Positions 38,001 through 53,000 of a DNA stretch of 64,000 bases are shown here, one piece after another (the stretch's first letter is position 1; each line of letters opens with the position of its first letter). The DNA is from Thalia democratica (lineage: Eukaryota). The translations under genes were made by a program, and so were the position numbers. The notes under the pieces were generated by a model, which saw nothing but the letters and a program-made list of their open reading frames with translations, ran no database searches and was not told where the DNA came from. The stretch is taken from positions 64,728,001 to 64,792,000 of the forward strand of contig OZ241829.1 in the NCBI GenBank assembly GCA_965202585.1. The letters are read 5' to 3'.

Positions 38001-41000
38001 AGGGTGATAAAATCACACCACAATAACATAAATCAACCAAGGCTATTTGGACCGGAGAAGTTCCAAGCAATTTTAAAACTACCTTATATTGGAGAAAAAT
38101 CACGAGTATTTGAGAGCAAAGTAAAAGACTTAACAAAAACATCTTACAATCAAGTGCTTCCAAGAGTTATGTTTCTTTCAAAATCTTTATTAAAAGTTCA
38201 GTTGAAGGACCCGATACCTGACCAAGACAAAAGTTGTATAGTGTACAAGTTTAATTGCTCTTGCGAAAAGAGCTATATCGGTCAGACCTCTAGGCACTTA
38301 AAAACCAGGATAAAAGAACATCTACCTGCTTGTGTATTGAAATTCATTGAACAAGAACCTGAAATTAAGACAATAGCAACAAAAAACGCAGCAAAAAGAT
38401 CTTCAGCTGCAGAACATCTAATAAATAATAGAGATTGTGCTAGGAAATATGACATATCCAGATTTAGAATAATCCATCATTGCAATAGTGTGTTTGATCT
38501 CGTGAAGTTGGAGGCTATCTCTATATTTTTGGAGAAACCAGAACTGTATTAACAGAAGGAATTTGATTACAAAGTGTCTTTATTTAGTTAAATTAACTAT
38601 TTTTTATCCGTTAGTAGTAATTGAGTTTAATTATTTATTACTTTACACTGATTATTTATTGTGGTTATTACTTTGTTAGTTTTAACTTTTTGTGTTTTTC
38701 TTTAAAAACTTTTCATAATTTTAAATTTGTTCTACTATTAAGTTCTGACAAAAAGTAGTGTAATACGTATAAACTATCACAGAGGAAAAAAAAACTTGAG
38801 AGTGTTTTATTTATTTGTTTTGCATTAAATATGAATTAGCTAATAATGTTTCAAGTATTAAACAATATATTATACAAATAGTTTCTCTAGTTGCAACTGA
38901 TTAAGGCCATAGGGGAGGGGTCCACTTTGTTTTTTACAACTTGATCTTATTTTGTAGAATTTAATCTGAGCTATCAGACACTTTTAACCGCTTAAAAAAA
39001 CTCAAAGTAACTTTTGAGATATAAGCGATCAAAGAAAGGGCATTCAATAGGTTCCTTATGGAAGGCAAAAACTAAAAATGCGAAAAAAGACTATTTCACT
39101 AAAAATCTATCTCCTCCTTCATTTTTTGAGTAATCTTTCTGAAATTTTTACAGAATATGTATCATTAAACTTTAAAGAGATCTATTGTAGGAATTTTTTT
39201 AATTTTGAGTAAAAAAAAAATATTGTCAAAAAACTACCCTTTTTTTTATTTTTTTGTGGATAAAAGTTTTATTTTTCAAAATTCAAAAATTCCAACATTA
39301 GGATTCTTCAAAATATTAAAAGGAACATTTCCTGAAAATTTGAAGAAGATTGCTTGAAAAATGAAGGAGAAGATAGATTTTTAGTGAATTTTTAAATTTC
39401 CGAGAAAATTGACCCCAAAAAACCTGCGGTCCATACGTTTGCATCGGAAACTGTTTACAAAAAATAAAATATCTCAAAAGTTAAATGATATTTTTGAATT
39501 CTATAAAAACAGGCTTGTAGTTTGTATTTTAAGCTTTCATATAAAAGCCAAAGTTAATTTTTGTAAAAAAAAATGTCGGACCCCCCCTATGGCCTTAACA
39601 AGTTTCTAAAAAAAAAATAAAACAAAACCAGAGTCTCAGTTTAATAAAGGCTTGTGGTCTGATGAACCAAGTGATATGATCAAAAATTTATGCCAATTTA
39701 TGTTTGCTTCATGGCACATGAAAGTCCAGGAATTTGCTCTGTTAGACTTTTGCCAACAATTTCTTAGAATCTAATGAGGCATAAATAGTTTAAAAAAATT
39801 TAGTTTTATGGATCAGGTCAGGTAACATTTTGAAAAAGTTTCCAGTATATCACCAATTTAAACTGAAACAACTAAACAATTATTTTTGTCATGTATGTGT
39901 TTCCACAGTTCAGTTTAGAGCAGTAGTTCTTGATGAGGACCTGCTGCCTTCAACCACCACAGTGAAAGTGGAAGTCCGAAATTCAGACAACTTCGTGGTA
40001 ATGTTGGAAGCTGGTCAGAGTTTGAACACCGGAGTTTACAGTGGAATACTGCAAACTTCGCACACTGCTCTCCATGGAGAATGGACCATTTCTGTTCAAG
40101 ATGAAGTATCAGTAAGATTTTTTTTTGTGAAAATTAAATATTTAAAACAAAAATATAACTTTGTTTTTGTTTAGTTAAGGTTCAGTTTGTTCATATGCTT
40201 TAAATAAGTTAAATTTAGAAAAGTATGCTTAAACCTTTAAATTTTTGTAGAAACTTTTACTCTTAATACATTAGGTAAACTGAGTTACTTTTATTGGTTT
40301 GACAGCCCAAACATAGGAAAAACTTGTTAAATTGTTTATTGTAAGTCAAAGTAAATTTATATGAATAAAAAAGTCTTTGATATGTAACGACTAAAAAGTT
40401 TAGTTTTTACTGTTCATCTACCTAAAAGTAGTATTTTAAGAAAAAAGCTGTGAATATACCAACAGGGTTACAAAAAAGAAGCTACATTTGAACTGCAAAA
40501 TTACAATCTCCCCAAGTTCAGTGTCAACATTCAAGCACCCTCGTACTTGCACAAAGGATCCGATTACATTTTGATAAAGTTTAATGCTAGGTTAGTTCTT
40601 CAACTAATATATATTTCTCAAAGCTTTTTTTTTTAAGTTATTAGCTTACATAAAGTGTAATTAGCTTCAATTTTTTCAATAGTAAGTTTTAGCTCAATAG
40701 CAATCAAAGTAGAAAGATGTTTGATTTCAGTGTTGATTATATTTTTAATTAAATACTTTTCAAAAGTCACTTTTTTAAGAGTTAATTAAGTAAATATATT
40801 GCATTAAAAGACCATGGTGGTATAAGTCCAATTTTTTTTACAAGTTGGTATAATTTAGTAGAGTTTTTTTTTGCTGTAAGACAATTTTCACCGCTTTACA
40901 TAGTTTACAGTAATATAAGTAAATAAAGGACACCGTTTAGCTAGTTTAATGGTTTTCCTAGGAACGGGTCAAACTAAAAAAGCAAGTAAATATTTTTTGA

Positions 41001-44000
41001 CTAAAAAGTATTTTCTTGTGCAGTTTTAGTATTAATATTCTTAATTTTCAAGCTAGTCCATTTCTGATACTTTAGTCGTTTACCTATAAAAAATTTATTA
41101 ATTTCGAAATGAATATTAAGTTGATCTTTCTTGAGTCACGTTATTTTTAAAGAGCTTTAAATTTGGATATAAAAATTAACTTGATAAATTTAGTTATATG
41201 AGTAAACAATTTAGTTTTATTTATATATTATTTTTATACACACATACAACTATTTAAATCTATTTGTAAAAGTTATTTTAACTATATACAACAGATATAC
41301 TTATGGAAAGCCAGTAAAGGGTAAAGCAGTTTTGAAATTGCGTTTTGGTTATACATATGTTTCTTATGATAGAATGGATGGAACAGAAAGTCAATATATT
41401 AGCCAAGAATTTAATGTTAGTCTCATTGTATTTAGTTAAAGTTTTAGCTTAAGTAGTTTATTCTCAGCACTCGTTTTTAAAGGTTTTAAGATATGATATG
41501 CTTAGTGTTTAAATACAAAACAATTGAAAAACTATTCTAGATGTAAGATTTTAGAGTAAATTCATAAACAAGATCAGTTTTTTAAAACATTAGTAAACTA
41601 AGAAATGTTTTATTTTGTAAGAAACTTTTGTTTTGAATTGTTTTGTAATCAAGGAATAAAAATAATCAACTTGAACAGAATCAAATAATGAAATTGTATT
41701 GACTTTTAAACTTAAGCTCATGTACAAGTTTTCAAAAACTTTCAAAACACTCCTCAATGTTAATTTGAAAAAACTTTTACTTTTTTTTCACGCCCATCTC
41801 CCATACAGCATGTTGTTTTTCTGCAGACCTTCGCCGGCGCGCAGTCGCTCACCTTCAGAAGATCGCAGCTGGAGTCGCTGGGCTGGGAGCCCGACTCCTA
41901 CTACCTGTCGCTCATCGTAGAGGTGACTGTCACCGAGAGGTTCACCGGCTTGCAGGCCACCGAAACTTCCTACGTCAGGGTTTTCCCCTCCAAAGTGAAA
42001 ATGGAGCAGCTGCACGTGCCCAAGACCGCCAAGCCTGGACTGCTGTACACCGTTCATGTTTGTTTTGTTGTGCTCTTAATTTTGTATGGAATGTTTTCCG
42101 CGGTCTCTTTTTAGCAGTGATATTCAAACTTTTTTTCACAAATTACCCTTTTATGGAAGGTGATTAACAAGTTTACCTTCAAAAACTGATAATCGAGCTT
42201 CTTTTAGAAACTCAGAAATTTTCAGGCATTTGAGTTGACAAATATTGAAGTTTGTTACTATTGCCATAAATTTACCGAAATTTTACTCAAATTAAGGCTA
42301 CATAAACCAAATTTAAATAGAATCCTTATTCTGTAACACTTATTTAAGTATTTATTAGGAGAACATTTATCCCATAAAATAAGGGAAATGACCCCAGGTG
42401 AAGAATCGCTGCTTTTTATTGATAGTTCAGCTAGTTTGCCGTGTACGTTGTTTTTGTGTGCGTTTATACTCTTGAAGAAAAACTCAGTCTTTTTAGTAAT
42501 TTTTGATTCAAAGCAGTTTTCGGTTAAATTCACTTTGTATAAAGCAGGGTTGCCAAAAACCTACTGTCCTGAAAAAAACTAGAACTTGACAATTTTTGTT
42601 AAAAAACCTGGAAAAATCTGGAAATTGAGAAATTAAAAAAAAACCTGGAATTTTAAACAACTTTTACATGTTAAGTAAGAAAATTTTGATATAACACAAA
42701 AAATCTATAGTATAGATAAAATATTTTGTAATAATCAAAAAAATTTTTATTTAAAAACTTGTTTAAAGAAGCTGTAAGATATATTTTCAATGTTGTTATA
42801 CTATTTTACACAGTTTTTTACCTTAAACTTATTTTAAACTAAAAATATACCCTAAAATGTGTAAACTTTTAAACCTAAGAAATTTTGAAAACCTGGAGAA
42901 AATTTGCAAAAAACATTAGGCAACCCTGATAAAGTCATTAGCTATACATTGCTTTCTAAGAAAAAAAGTCGATTTGAGTTCAAATTAACTGTTTTCGCAA
43001 GTAGCTTGAATATCGTATTAGCACCGTTTCGGCCATAATTTTTACAAATATTATTTTCACAGTTGAAAATGACAGAGCAGGACGGGAAATTACTCGATGA
43101 AACTGATAGAACGAGAAATCGCGTCACTCTTGAATACTATTTTGCGTTGGTTTTACATTTAATTGTTGATCTTTTTGATAGTAGTTTATTTTTTGATAAA
43201 TATATGTAAAACTTGTTTTAATTTTCATGCTAGTCTTATTTTTATACCTGTATTAAGTTTAAATCTCGTTTCTTATTAAAAGACTTTCAAAACCATATTA
43301 GCAAATAAAGTTGAACAACTATAGTTTATGAATAAAAAGCAAATTAAAATTTCAAAACTGACTGATTAATTTTTTAATCTACTTTTTCGTTTAAGAAAGC
43401 ATTTTCGTAATTTCAATTTATTCTAAACAATTTTTTTAAAAGCACACAGGACTTTTAACTGATAGTATCATAAAAAAGGTTTTTAAAAATCAGTAATTAA
43501 GCTAAAAATTTTCTATTAAGAAATTAACTAGGGTTTAGCAAATTGTGCACATTAAGATTATCTAACTGATGTTAAAACACAGTGAAAACCAGTATTCAAA
43601 TGTGAATGATGGTGATAAGCAAATAGCAAGATATCCGGTAGATGAACAAGGAATCGTGACAATTGAGTTGCCGCTTCAAAGAGAAGATGAAAATCTAAAA
43701 TGGGCTATTTTCAGGGTGAGGTCCATTTAAAAAGAATTGTTTTTAGCTGGAGGACTAGTTTGTTTTACTGGTTTTAAACTACTAGTCGAATTTTTAACTA
43801 CATTGTTTTTTTACAAAGTTTAGTAAAATGATGATGATTATTTTGAACATGAAGTTCAGTAAGCTGTCTTAAATTTTTGTGCCGTGAAAATTAAAAATTT
43901 TCAAAAAATATCGGATGGTATATTTCATATGTGTTTTTATATTGGTAGATACATAAAAAGAATATTTTTTAAACTTCAATGTTGTTTTAAGTTCATCTAA

Positions 44001-47000
44001 AATGGGCTATTTTCAGGGTGAGGTCCATTTAAAAAGAATTGTTTTTAGCTGGAGGACTAGTTTGTTTTACTGGTTTTAAACTACTAGTCGAATTTTTAAC
44101 TACATTGTTTTTTTACAAAGTTTAGTAAAATGATGATGATTATTTTGAACATGAAGTTCAGTAAGCTGTCTTAAATTTTTGTGCCGTGAAAATTAAAAAT
44201 TTTCAAAAAATATCGGATGGTATATTTCATATGTGTTTTTATATTGGTAGATACATAAAAAGAATATTTTTTAAACTTCAATGTTGTTTTAAGTTCATCT
44301 AAAATGGGCTATTTTCAGGGTGAGGTCCATTTAAAAAGAATTGTTTTTAGCTGGAGGACTTGTTTGTTTTACTGGTTTTAAACTACTAGTCGAATTTTTA
44401 ACTACATTGTTTTTTTACAAAGTTTAGTAAAATGATGATGATTATTTTGAACATGAAGTTCAGTAAGCTGTCTTAAATTTTTGTGCCGTGAAAATTAAAA
44501 ATTTTCAAAAAATATCGGATGGTATATTTCATATGTGTTTTTATATTGGTAGATACATAAAAAGAATATTTTTTAAACTTCAATGTTGTTTTAAGTTCAA
44601 AAATAGCTTAAAAATTCTAATGTTAAGCAATTAATTTCGACTGAAAATTTCTGTTGACTTTAGCTCTACAGCACATACATTAAATTAAAAATGACATAAA
44701 AATTAACTTTTTCATTAGCCCATTCATACCAATTTAAATTTTCTACGGTTATTTTGACCTGTGATCAACACTCGAAGTTACGCGACAAGCAACTATATCC
44801 ACTGCTATTGCTTGTAACACACCTAACATTTTGCTTTTTGGCAGAACTCTTTTAACCAATTGGAACAAAGCTTAATAAAAATCCATTTAAAATATTTTTT
44901 CTAGCCGTAAATGAGTAGCTCATTCGCATATTATGCCTTTTGAATACTTTTGATAACGGGTTGTTTTTGTTGAATTTCTAACTAAATTTATGAAATCTCT
45001 GCAGATGTTTGTTTTAATTGAACTGCTAAACGGGGGATTATAGCAAATTATATTAATTTTATTCATAGTAAATTGTGAAATTTATCTCAGGCGTACAGCG
45101 CGGACGTGTCGGGGGCCGGGGAGCAGAACTGGGCGTCAGAGTTTCTGGAATCCCCATCGGGCAGCTACGTGCAGCTGACCGGGCCGAAAGATCAGACCGT
45201 TTCACCGGGCAACCTGTACAGCTTTCAAATCGCATTCACCAAGCCGCTGCCTTATTTCGACTGGATTGTACGTTTTGTTGCTTAAATTGTTACTTTTTGT
45301 TTAAGATAATAGACAACTTTGTAAGTACAAAAACCCTTGTTTAAATTGCTCTCAAAGTGTTTTTACTGAAATAAAAAAAAAAGTTATTAGAAAATAGTTT
45401 TACTCTGATTACGTTTTTTTTTAATAAACTAAAATGTAGCAATATATAAAAGTGCAAAATTTCAATACATGTTTGCTCATAGTGAAAAAATCAAGTACAC
45501 AAAGAATTAAAAAAAAAACGGCTCGTTTTAAGACCACTTAACTCGGGTTATTTTTATCTATCTGCCAAAAACCTGTTGAAATATTTTTATTTTTATGAGC
45601 AAATTTATCTAATGCATACCCTCGAGCTGTTGTTTCAGCTTTCACAGTCTAAGCTTTTTTTTTTCCGTCAACAAAACTACCACACCGCGAAATCATCTTG
45701 TGTTAACGATTTTTGTTGCAGCTTTTTAACAACCGCGTCACACGTTGTTTATAACAAAAAATAAAGCGCCCAAAACACTTGGTCCTAGTGTCTGGTACAC
45801 GAACGAAACCTTCCGGTTGTCGATTTGTAAAGCTTTATACTTCCCGCATACAGACCATGTCGCGAGGAAGAGTCATTGAAACGCATCGATTAAACATCGG
45901 TGATTTTAAAACCTCGAAGGAAGGCAACGTGACCACGGCGACCATCAACTTCGAGGTGTTCAACTCTTACGTTCCGATGGTGACCATAGTTGTGTCGTAT
46001 GTCAGTGATGACGGGGAAGTTGTTGCCGACTCCAAGAGTTTAAACGTTGAATTTGTCCTAAAAAATGAGGTTTAATGTTTATAGTTTTCTTGTTTGAAAG
46101 TTTAGTTTAGTTGAAGTTTGACCACAACGTAAATGCTTTGAGAATAATGAAAGTGATATTTGCTTTTAGCTGTGCCTACAATTTAGAGTTTAAAACAAGA
46201 ATTTTTTAAAACATTTCTTTCAATTCCAGTTATGTCATATTTGTTGTTACATTTAAATATTGTTGTGCTGCTACATTTTCAAGTTTGCACATAAGGAGTG
46301 TTTTTTTTTACACAAGTCTTTGCCAAGTAGAGTTTAAAAAAATTATTAAACGCTCACATTGCTGTTTCAACAAGCTTCTTGAAGGAAGCTTTCAAACATA
46401 AAAGTCACAAATTATTAAAACAGATTTCAGTTGAAGTGTCGCAGCCCGATGAGGAACGCAGTGGGGAAATTATATTTACGAAAAGCAACGGTTTGAACAC
46501 TTTGGTAGCGTGCAACGGAGTCGATCAGAGGGCCCTTCTGTTGCGGGAGAACGACAACGAAATTACCGTTGATGCGGTAAATTAACAGCTGTTTTATTAT
46601 TTTTTTATTAAAACTTTTTTTTTGTACTGAACGTGATTAGGCGCGCCCCTTTTCGAGTCCACTTGTTTTGTTCTTCCCACTTTTTATTTAAAACTTAAGA
46701 AGGCTCCCAGCTCAAATTCGGACGACTTACTGTTGTTAAACTTTAAATAGCTAAGTTATAAAAGTGGTTGTTGTGCCAACCGGGGCGTCGCGTGGGGTGG
46801 ATCATTTGAGCAGATACATAACCTAAAAAAATATATGTATTACTATATCATGTCAATGTTATTATTAACAAAAAAAATTCTACAAAAGAGTCGTTGTGAC
46901 TGTGGTACTTTAATCTTAATAAAATTTGAACAGTTTTTCAAATATTTGTAATCTTTTCTGCACCCCCGCTAAACACCACGCTACTGACTGCCAACTAGCG

Positions 47001-50000
47001 GTTATAAACTTACAGATAGTGGAAGACCTGCAGTCCTACTCTCCCACCCAACCCGAGGACGGGCTGCAAGGTTTCTGGCGGTGGTTTTTCGTCGGGGACA
47101 CCACAGTGGTGTCCGAGCTGTTCGATCAGGCCGGGTTAATAGTGCTCACCGACGCCAATTACCCCAGAAGACCGGACGATTTTCGTTAGTTTTGAATTTT
47201 GCATGCTTTTGATTTGTACTTGTAACTGTTTGTTAAGTTGAGCTTTTGTATTTGGTGACCTTTGCCTTCTGCCTCCGATGCAACTTTTGTGCGAAACTCA
47301 GTTGCAAAATATAAGCGAGTGTATTGGCAAAGTTTGAATAATACAGTGAGTTTTAAAGTCACTAAACATTTATTACGTGTTAAGCTGTCGAATACGGTGA
47401 CGATTTCGTAATGATTCTGGCCGAAGCGTCAACAGATGAGAAAGCGGTGACGGAGTTCACGGGAAGCGTCCGGAACGTCCATCTAGACGTGTGGATCCAC
47501 TTCCAAGCCAACCTCGGGTAAATTTCACACACGGGCATACCAAGTCGTTCCTCTGTTTGAATGATTTGGTTTTTGTGTTCTTTTTGGGACATGTTATCCT
47601 TTATTAACTTGAAGCGATCTTATTAAAATGTAATTTTTTTACCTGAAATAAAACAGACAAAAAAAGAATAATATTCAACAAAGCTCGACTTTTTATGCCT
47701 GAATTTTATTTCGTTTTCATTGTTTTATTTAAATGCAACAAGTTTATTTTGAATTCTTTTAATAAAAAAGTATTAAAATCTTATGGTCTAATGCAATAAG
47801 ATTTCAAAAGTAAACTAAAAAACAACTTAATCTATATATATGCTGTACTTTGTGTTGAAGTCCGACCGAACGCCATTCATTACTTCAGATAGCTTTTTTT
47901 AACAAAAAAAATGTTTCTCTGGGGCTGCCGGATACCAATATGTTTGTTTGCTAACAGAACTATTTATTTTTCACGAGCCAAAAAGTTGCATCTTCAGGCA
48001 GAACGCAACCAAAAACGTTCTGTTGAGAACTGATGTTTTTTATAAAAGCTGTAGAATTTTCAAAAAAAACTCTGCAAATGGACGCCTTTTTTTTCTTGAA
48101 ACATTAAACGCTAATTATGACGTCATAACAAAATTCAACACTTTGCAGCAATGCTTAGAGGTCAGCCCCTTCCTGCAGCTGATGACGGAGGAATAACCGA
48201 AACGGAAGTTCGTAAAAATTTTCCCGAAGTTTGGCTTTGGTTGGACTTAAACGCAGGGTACGCAAAACATTTTCTCAAATAGTTTTCAACTGTTTTTTTT
48301 TCAACTTTGATGCTTACGTGCTTGTCAAAGTTTAATTACTAAAAGTTCTGAAGCAGTTTTTAGTTACTCGTTTTTTTTGATTGAAATAAAGCTTGCTATA
48401 AGTTTAATGTATTAGGTTCCAGTTTTTGAAAAAAAATTGAAAACTTAAATATCTTTAAAATAAAGTTTCTAAGTATAATGAAGTTTTGAAATAAACAGAA
48501 ACATTTAAGTTAAAAAACGAGTGACCTAATTTGATCAAAACAAATAATTTTTATTTTAAATGATTCTTCTACCGATAGGTTTGTTCTTTAGTTCCATAAA
48601 GACCTAAATAGTTTTTTTTATGTTAACCCACGGCGGGTAACTTCTTTTGTCCGTTGGTAATATGTGCAAAAATTTTTTTGCGAGATTATTAAACAAAAAC
48701 TTATTGTTGGCTGTGTATAATTGTACTTAAAACGATGCTTTTCAACCACTAACTTTAAACAAAGTAGTCATAAAATTTGCATCAAAGTCAGTTAATTTTT
48801 TACAGGTTTTTTTAACTAAAAAATCAGTCTTAGGCCGGATAAGTTTAGCTAGTTGGTAGGTTGCCCACCCTTGATGTAGACTAATTACTTTAGTATTTCT
48901 CAAAAACCAAACAAGATAACGGTAAGCATGCAAACCAACAGAAAAAGCGACACGTACACGTTCAACTACAAAAACGCGCCCGCGTCTGTCACAACTTACA
49001 ACATCAACTGTTTCGCCTTGGACACTGTCAATGGGCTCGGAATTGCTGATGAGACCAGGGTTCGTTTTGATTTTTTTTTTTGCGGGAAGATTGTTGTTAA
49101 ATAGTGATAAGTTTTTTTATATTAAAGTTTTTTTTCAAAAAAAAATGTTACATTAAAAATCACTTCATTTGTTTTGGTATAAAAATAACTTGGGTATAAT
49201 ATATATATATATATATATTGCTTGATTTAAAGTCTAGTGTTAAACAAAGAAGTAAATTACATGTTTTGTTGCTATGAATTTTGGATCAGCATTATTGTTT
49301 TTTAATGTATTGGTATAAGTTTAAGGTAATGTAGTAAAGTAGTTGAAATAAATGTATTAATCTTTTAATTATTTTATAATTTGTAATACAGACACGACGT
49401 ATTTTTTTTTAAACAAGCATATTAGTAATACATTTAAATAGTAGTATTTAATAAAAGTCATTAAAATACTTAACTAATTAATTATTTTCAGATCACATTG
49501 TTCAGAGATTTTTTTGTAACGCTGAATCTTCCATTAAACGTGAAAAGAAATGAAGTTATAATTGTTCAAGCTATCGTGTTCAACTACCTGTCTTCAAATC
49601 AATTTGTAATTATGCACTTATAAGCAGCTAAGTTTATTTATCCATCTTATTTAATTTTTTTTGCTTGTCAAATGTTCATTTCATGCTCTTTTAACTATAC
49701 CAATGTTTATTGAGTATGTCAAAAGTACTTGTCACTTACAAAAATTTTTTATTGACCGAATTACTTTGAGTTCTGTTCGCTGTGAGATCTGTGGTTTTCA
49801 CTTTTTCATTTTACAACCCTCACTTCAGATTTTATGAGTTTTTAGCAGTGTTGCCAAAAAAAAACTTAAACAAAAACGTTAAATTTCAAGCAAAAATGCA
49901 GCAGCGCGTTTCAAAAAGTCTTCGCTGAAAGGTAATTTCCCCTCGCAGGTGAGAGTGACGCTGGCGGAGTCGGAGGACTACGAGGTGGTGGAAGAGGTTG

Positions 50001-53000
50001 AGGGGGAGGGAAGCAGCAACATCAGGGAGGTGAACGTGAAAAGCCAGGAGTCGCAGGCGGCCTCCATACCCGTCAGGCTGCTCAGACACGGCGATATTGA
50101 TATCGAGGTTGTGGCTGAAGGAACTTCGAAGGCGGACGCCGTCAGAAACACTCTCGTCGTGAAGGTTAGGGCTTTCGCGCTTTTAGAAATACTGTTTCAG
50201 CTAGTGTTCTACCGGATCTAATTATCCGGGTTCATAATTGGCCAGATATTGACTTATTAGATCCGGATCCGGCCGGATATCATTTTGAAAAAAAAAAAGA
50301 TCCGGATCCGGTAGATCACTAGTTTCAACCTTGAAATTTTGTAGTAAATTAAAGCTTGCTTTTGTAAAGAACGGTTTGAATCCAATGAGCCATCAAGCTT
50401 TGTATTTTTTTAATCAAAATTAGTTTCCTGCAATTTTAAGATACTTTTTGTTATCATACTAAAAAATTGTTACAATATTAAGTATGTATTTTCAGCCGGG
50501 AGGTATCAGAGTGTGCAATACGGAATCAGTTATTTTAGACGCTGAAGATGTATCAAATCACACTTTTCAGGTTGAATTTCCCGAAACAGGGTTTGTTCCT
50601 GAATCGAAATCGCTCCAGTTATTGATCTATGGTGAGATTTTTAATATTATTTTATTTAAATTTTTTCAATGTGTATTTAATATTTATATATTAAGATAAC
50701 TTGAAAAACAAATTGTTTTAAAAAATACACCTTTAGCTATTTTAAGTTAAAAGCACTTTATATTTTAATTCTAACTGTAACTTTATTTTAAATGTTTTCT
50801 ACTAAAACACTTTACATTCTGAGACCTTGGCATATAAAGCTTTCTAATTTTGATCTTTTTATTTTTGTCACCGAATATGGTTGTAACGTCAGCAATGAAA
50901 GCTTGCATATATTGAGGTTGAGTTTTCATACTATTTAAGTTAAGTTTCAGTGTTTGCAACAAAGTGATAACAAAAATAAAACTTAAACTTCCGTTTTGAC
51001 ACAACGAGACACGCCAATCTCTCCTTTAGAATTAAGCTGTTGTCCCTAGACAACACAAAGTTCACACATTGCACGTAACACCATTATAAACACATTATTA
51101 TAAAACAAATTAATTTCACTGTCTTTTGTATTATGAAAAAACCACGTTTTTTTTTTCATAGGTACTTCCGTTTAATTTACAACAAATTTTTAGGTGAAAA
51201 CGTCATATTCAAATAGAAAGAATTGAGTTGTTTTAATAAAACTTGCTCTTTAAAAAATTTATTAATTTACTGTCTGAAGAAATAGCTCACGTTTTTCTTG
51301 GACACTTACAAAAAACGGTATAACCATTTTAAACATTATTAAACAATCACAAATACGTAACACCATTATAAAAATTATTAAACAATCAAAAATACCTAAC
51401 ATTGTTATGACGTCACAACAGGCGACATACTGGCGAGCACGCTGGACAACCTGGGCAACCTGATCAGGGAGCCGCGGGGGTGCGGGGAGCAGAACATGAT
51501 AAACTTCGCTCCGGACGTCTTCGTGGCCTTGTACCTCCAGCACACCGATCAGCTGGACGGCGAGACTTCCGCCAAGGTGTACCAGCACATCGTCACCGGA
51601 TTCCAGAACCAGCTCAAGTTTGTTGTTGTGTTTATGAGGTTATGTGTTCGAAGCACAGTGTGGTTTTTCAAGTTTCGTGTAGACTATTTTTGAAAACATA
51701 TTTTGTTTTAGCAAAAACTTTATATAACGTAAAAAGTTAGCAGAAAGTATTTTTACTTCTGGCCCGATTAACCTAGGCTCTGTCTAGTTTATCACATTAT
51801 AAATAATTTTGATCTTCCTAGTTACTAACAGTTTTGTGATCTTGCTAATAAATTTTCGCTGTATCGCTTGCTCATTACGACTAGTATCATTTACATTATT
51901 AAGTCATCCGCTCAAATGTTTTATGCCGTCATATTGCAGTTACAAACGAGACGACGGTTCTTACAGCGCGTTCGGGTCACGTGACGAGTCAGGCTCGCTA
52001 TGGTTGACCGCGTTCGTGGCCAAATGCTTCGTTTACACGTCGCAGGTCAGGAGCGAGCTGGTGCTGCAGCTGAAAGGTCACGTGACGGACGCGTTCCGCT
52101 TCGTTGCGGCCAATCAAAACGAAGATGGCAGTTTCAATGACCCCGGCAGAGTCATTCACAAATCCATGCAGGTTGTTAGCTTCGTTTATTGGTTCGGTTT
52201 TAAACCGATTTAAATTCTTAAAATGCAACTATAAAAGTATTTTCTATGTTACAACTTTGTTTTGAAGTATATTCTGTGATATTCTTTTTTAGATTTTACT
52301 TTGTTTATGTATTATAAGTTTAAGCTATTTCAAATTTTCTTATCATAGCATTATACTGTAGAAATTTGTTAATGAACATTATCTTTGATTTTTAAGTATT
52401 TTCTTAAAACAACTTTGCTTAGATTTAACTCTGTAACTTTTTTTAAATGCTGTAGTGTTAGTTAGTTGCCAATGAATAGATAAGTAAAACCCCAAAATAC
52501 AGTAAGCAATTTTAAACAGGGCGGAGTCAATAGCAAATTAACATTGACAGCTTATGTATTAATATCGATGACTGAAAATGAGTTTGATCGCAACATAGAT
52601 GTTAGTTCATTGAGTTTTGTTAAATATGTTTACTTTTGCATTTATTTATAGTGAAAAAGAGTGTGCGTATTTAAGTAAGCTTGAGCGTTAAAGATTAGTT
52701 GTGAGTAGTCATAAAATTTGAGTTTTCTGTTCAAAAATGTGACAGTTTCTAAATTATAGTCCGCATTGTGCAAAGTTATTTTATCACTTTTATTGTAGAA
52801 ACAACTAGTTTAATTTTTAGTTAAAATATTAATACAGGACACAGTTATAGAAAAAGCCAGGAGTTATGTGGAATCCAATTTAGACAGTATTAGTACAGAC
52901 ATATATGTATTACCATTAGTTACTTATGCGTTACATACTAGTAACAGTGATATGAAAGACCAAGCGTTTGATTTGATGAAAGATTTTAAAATTGATGGTT

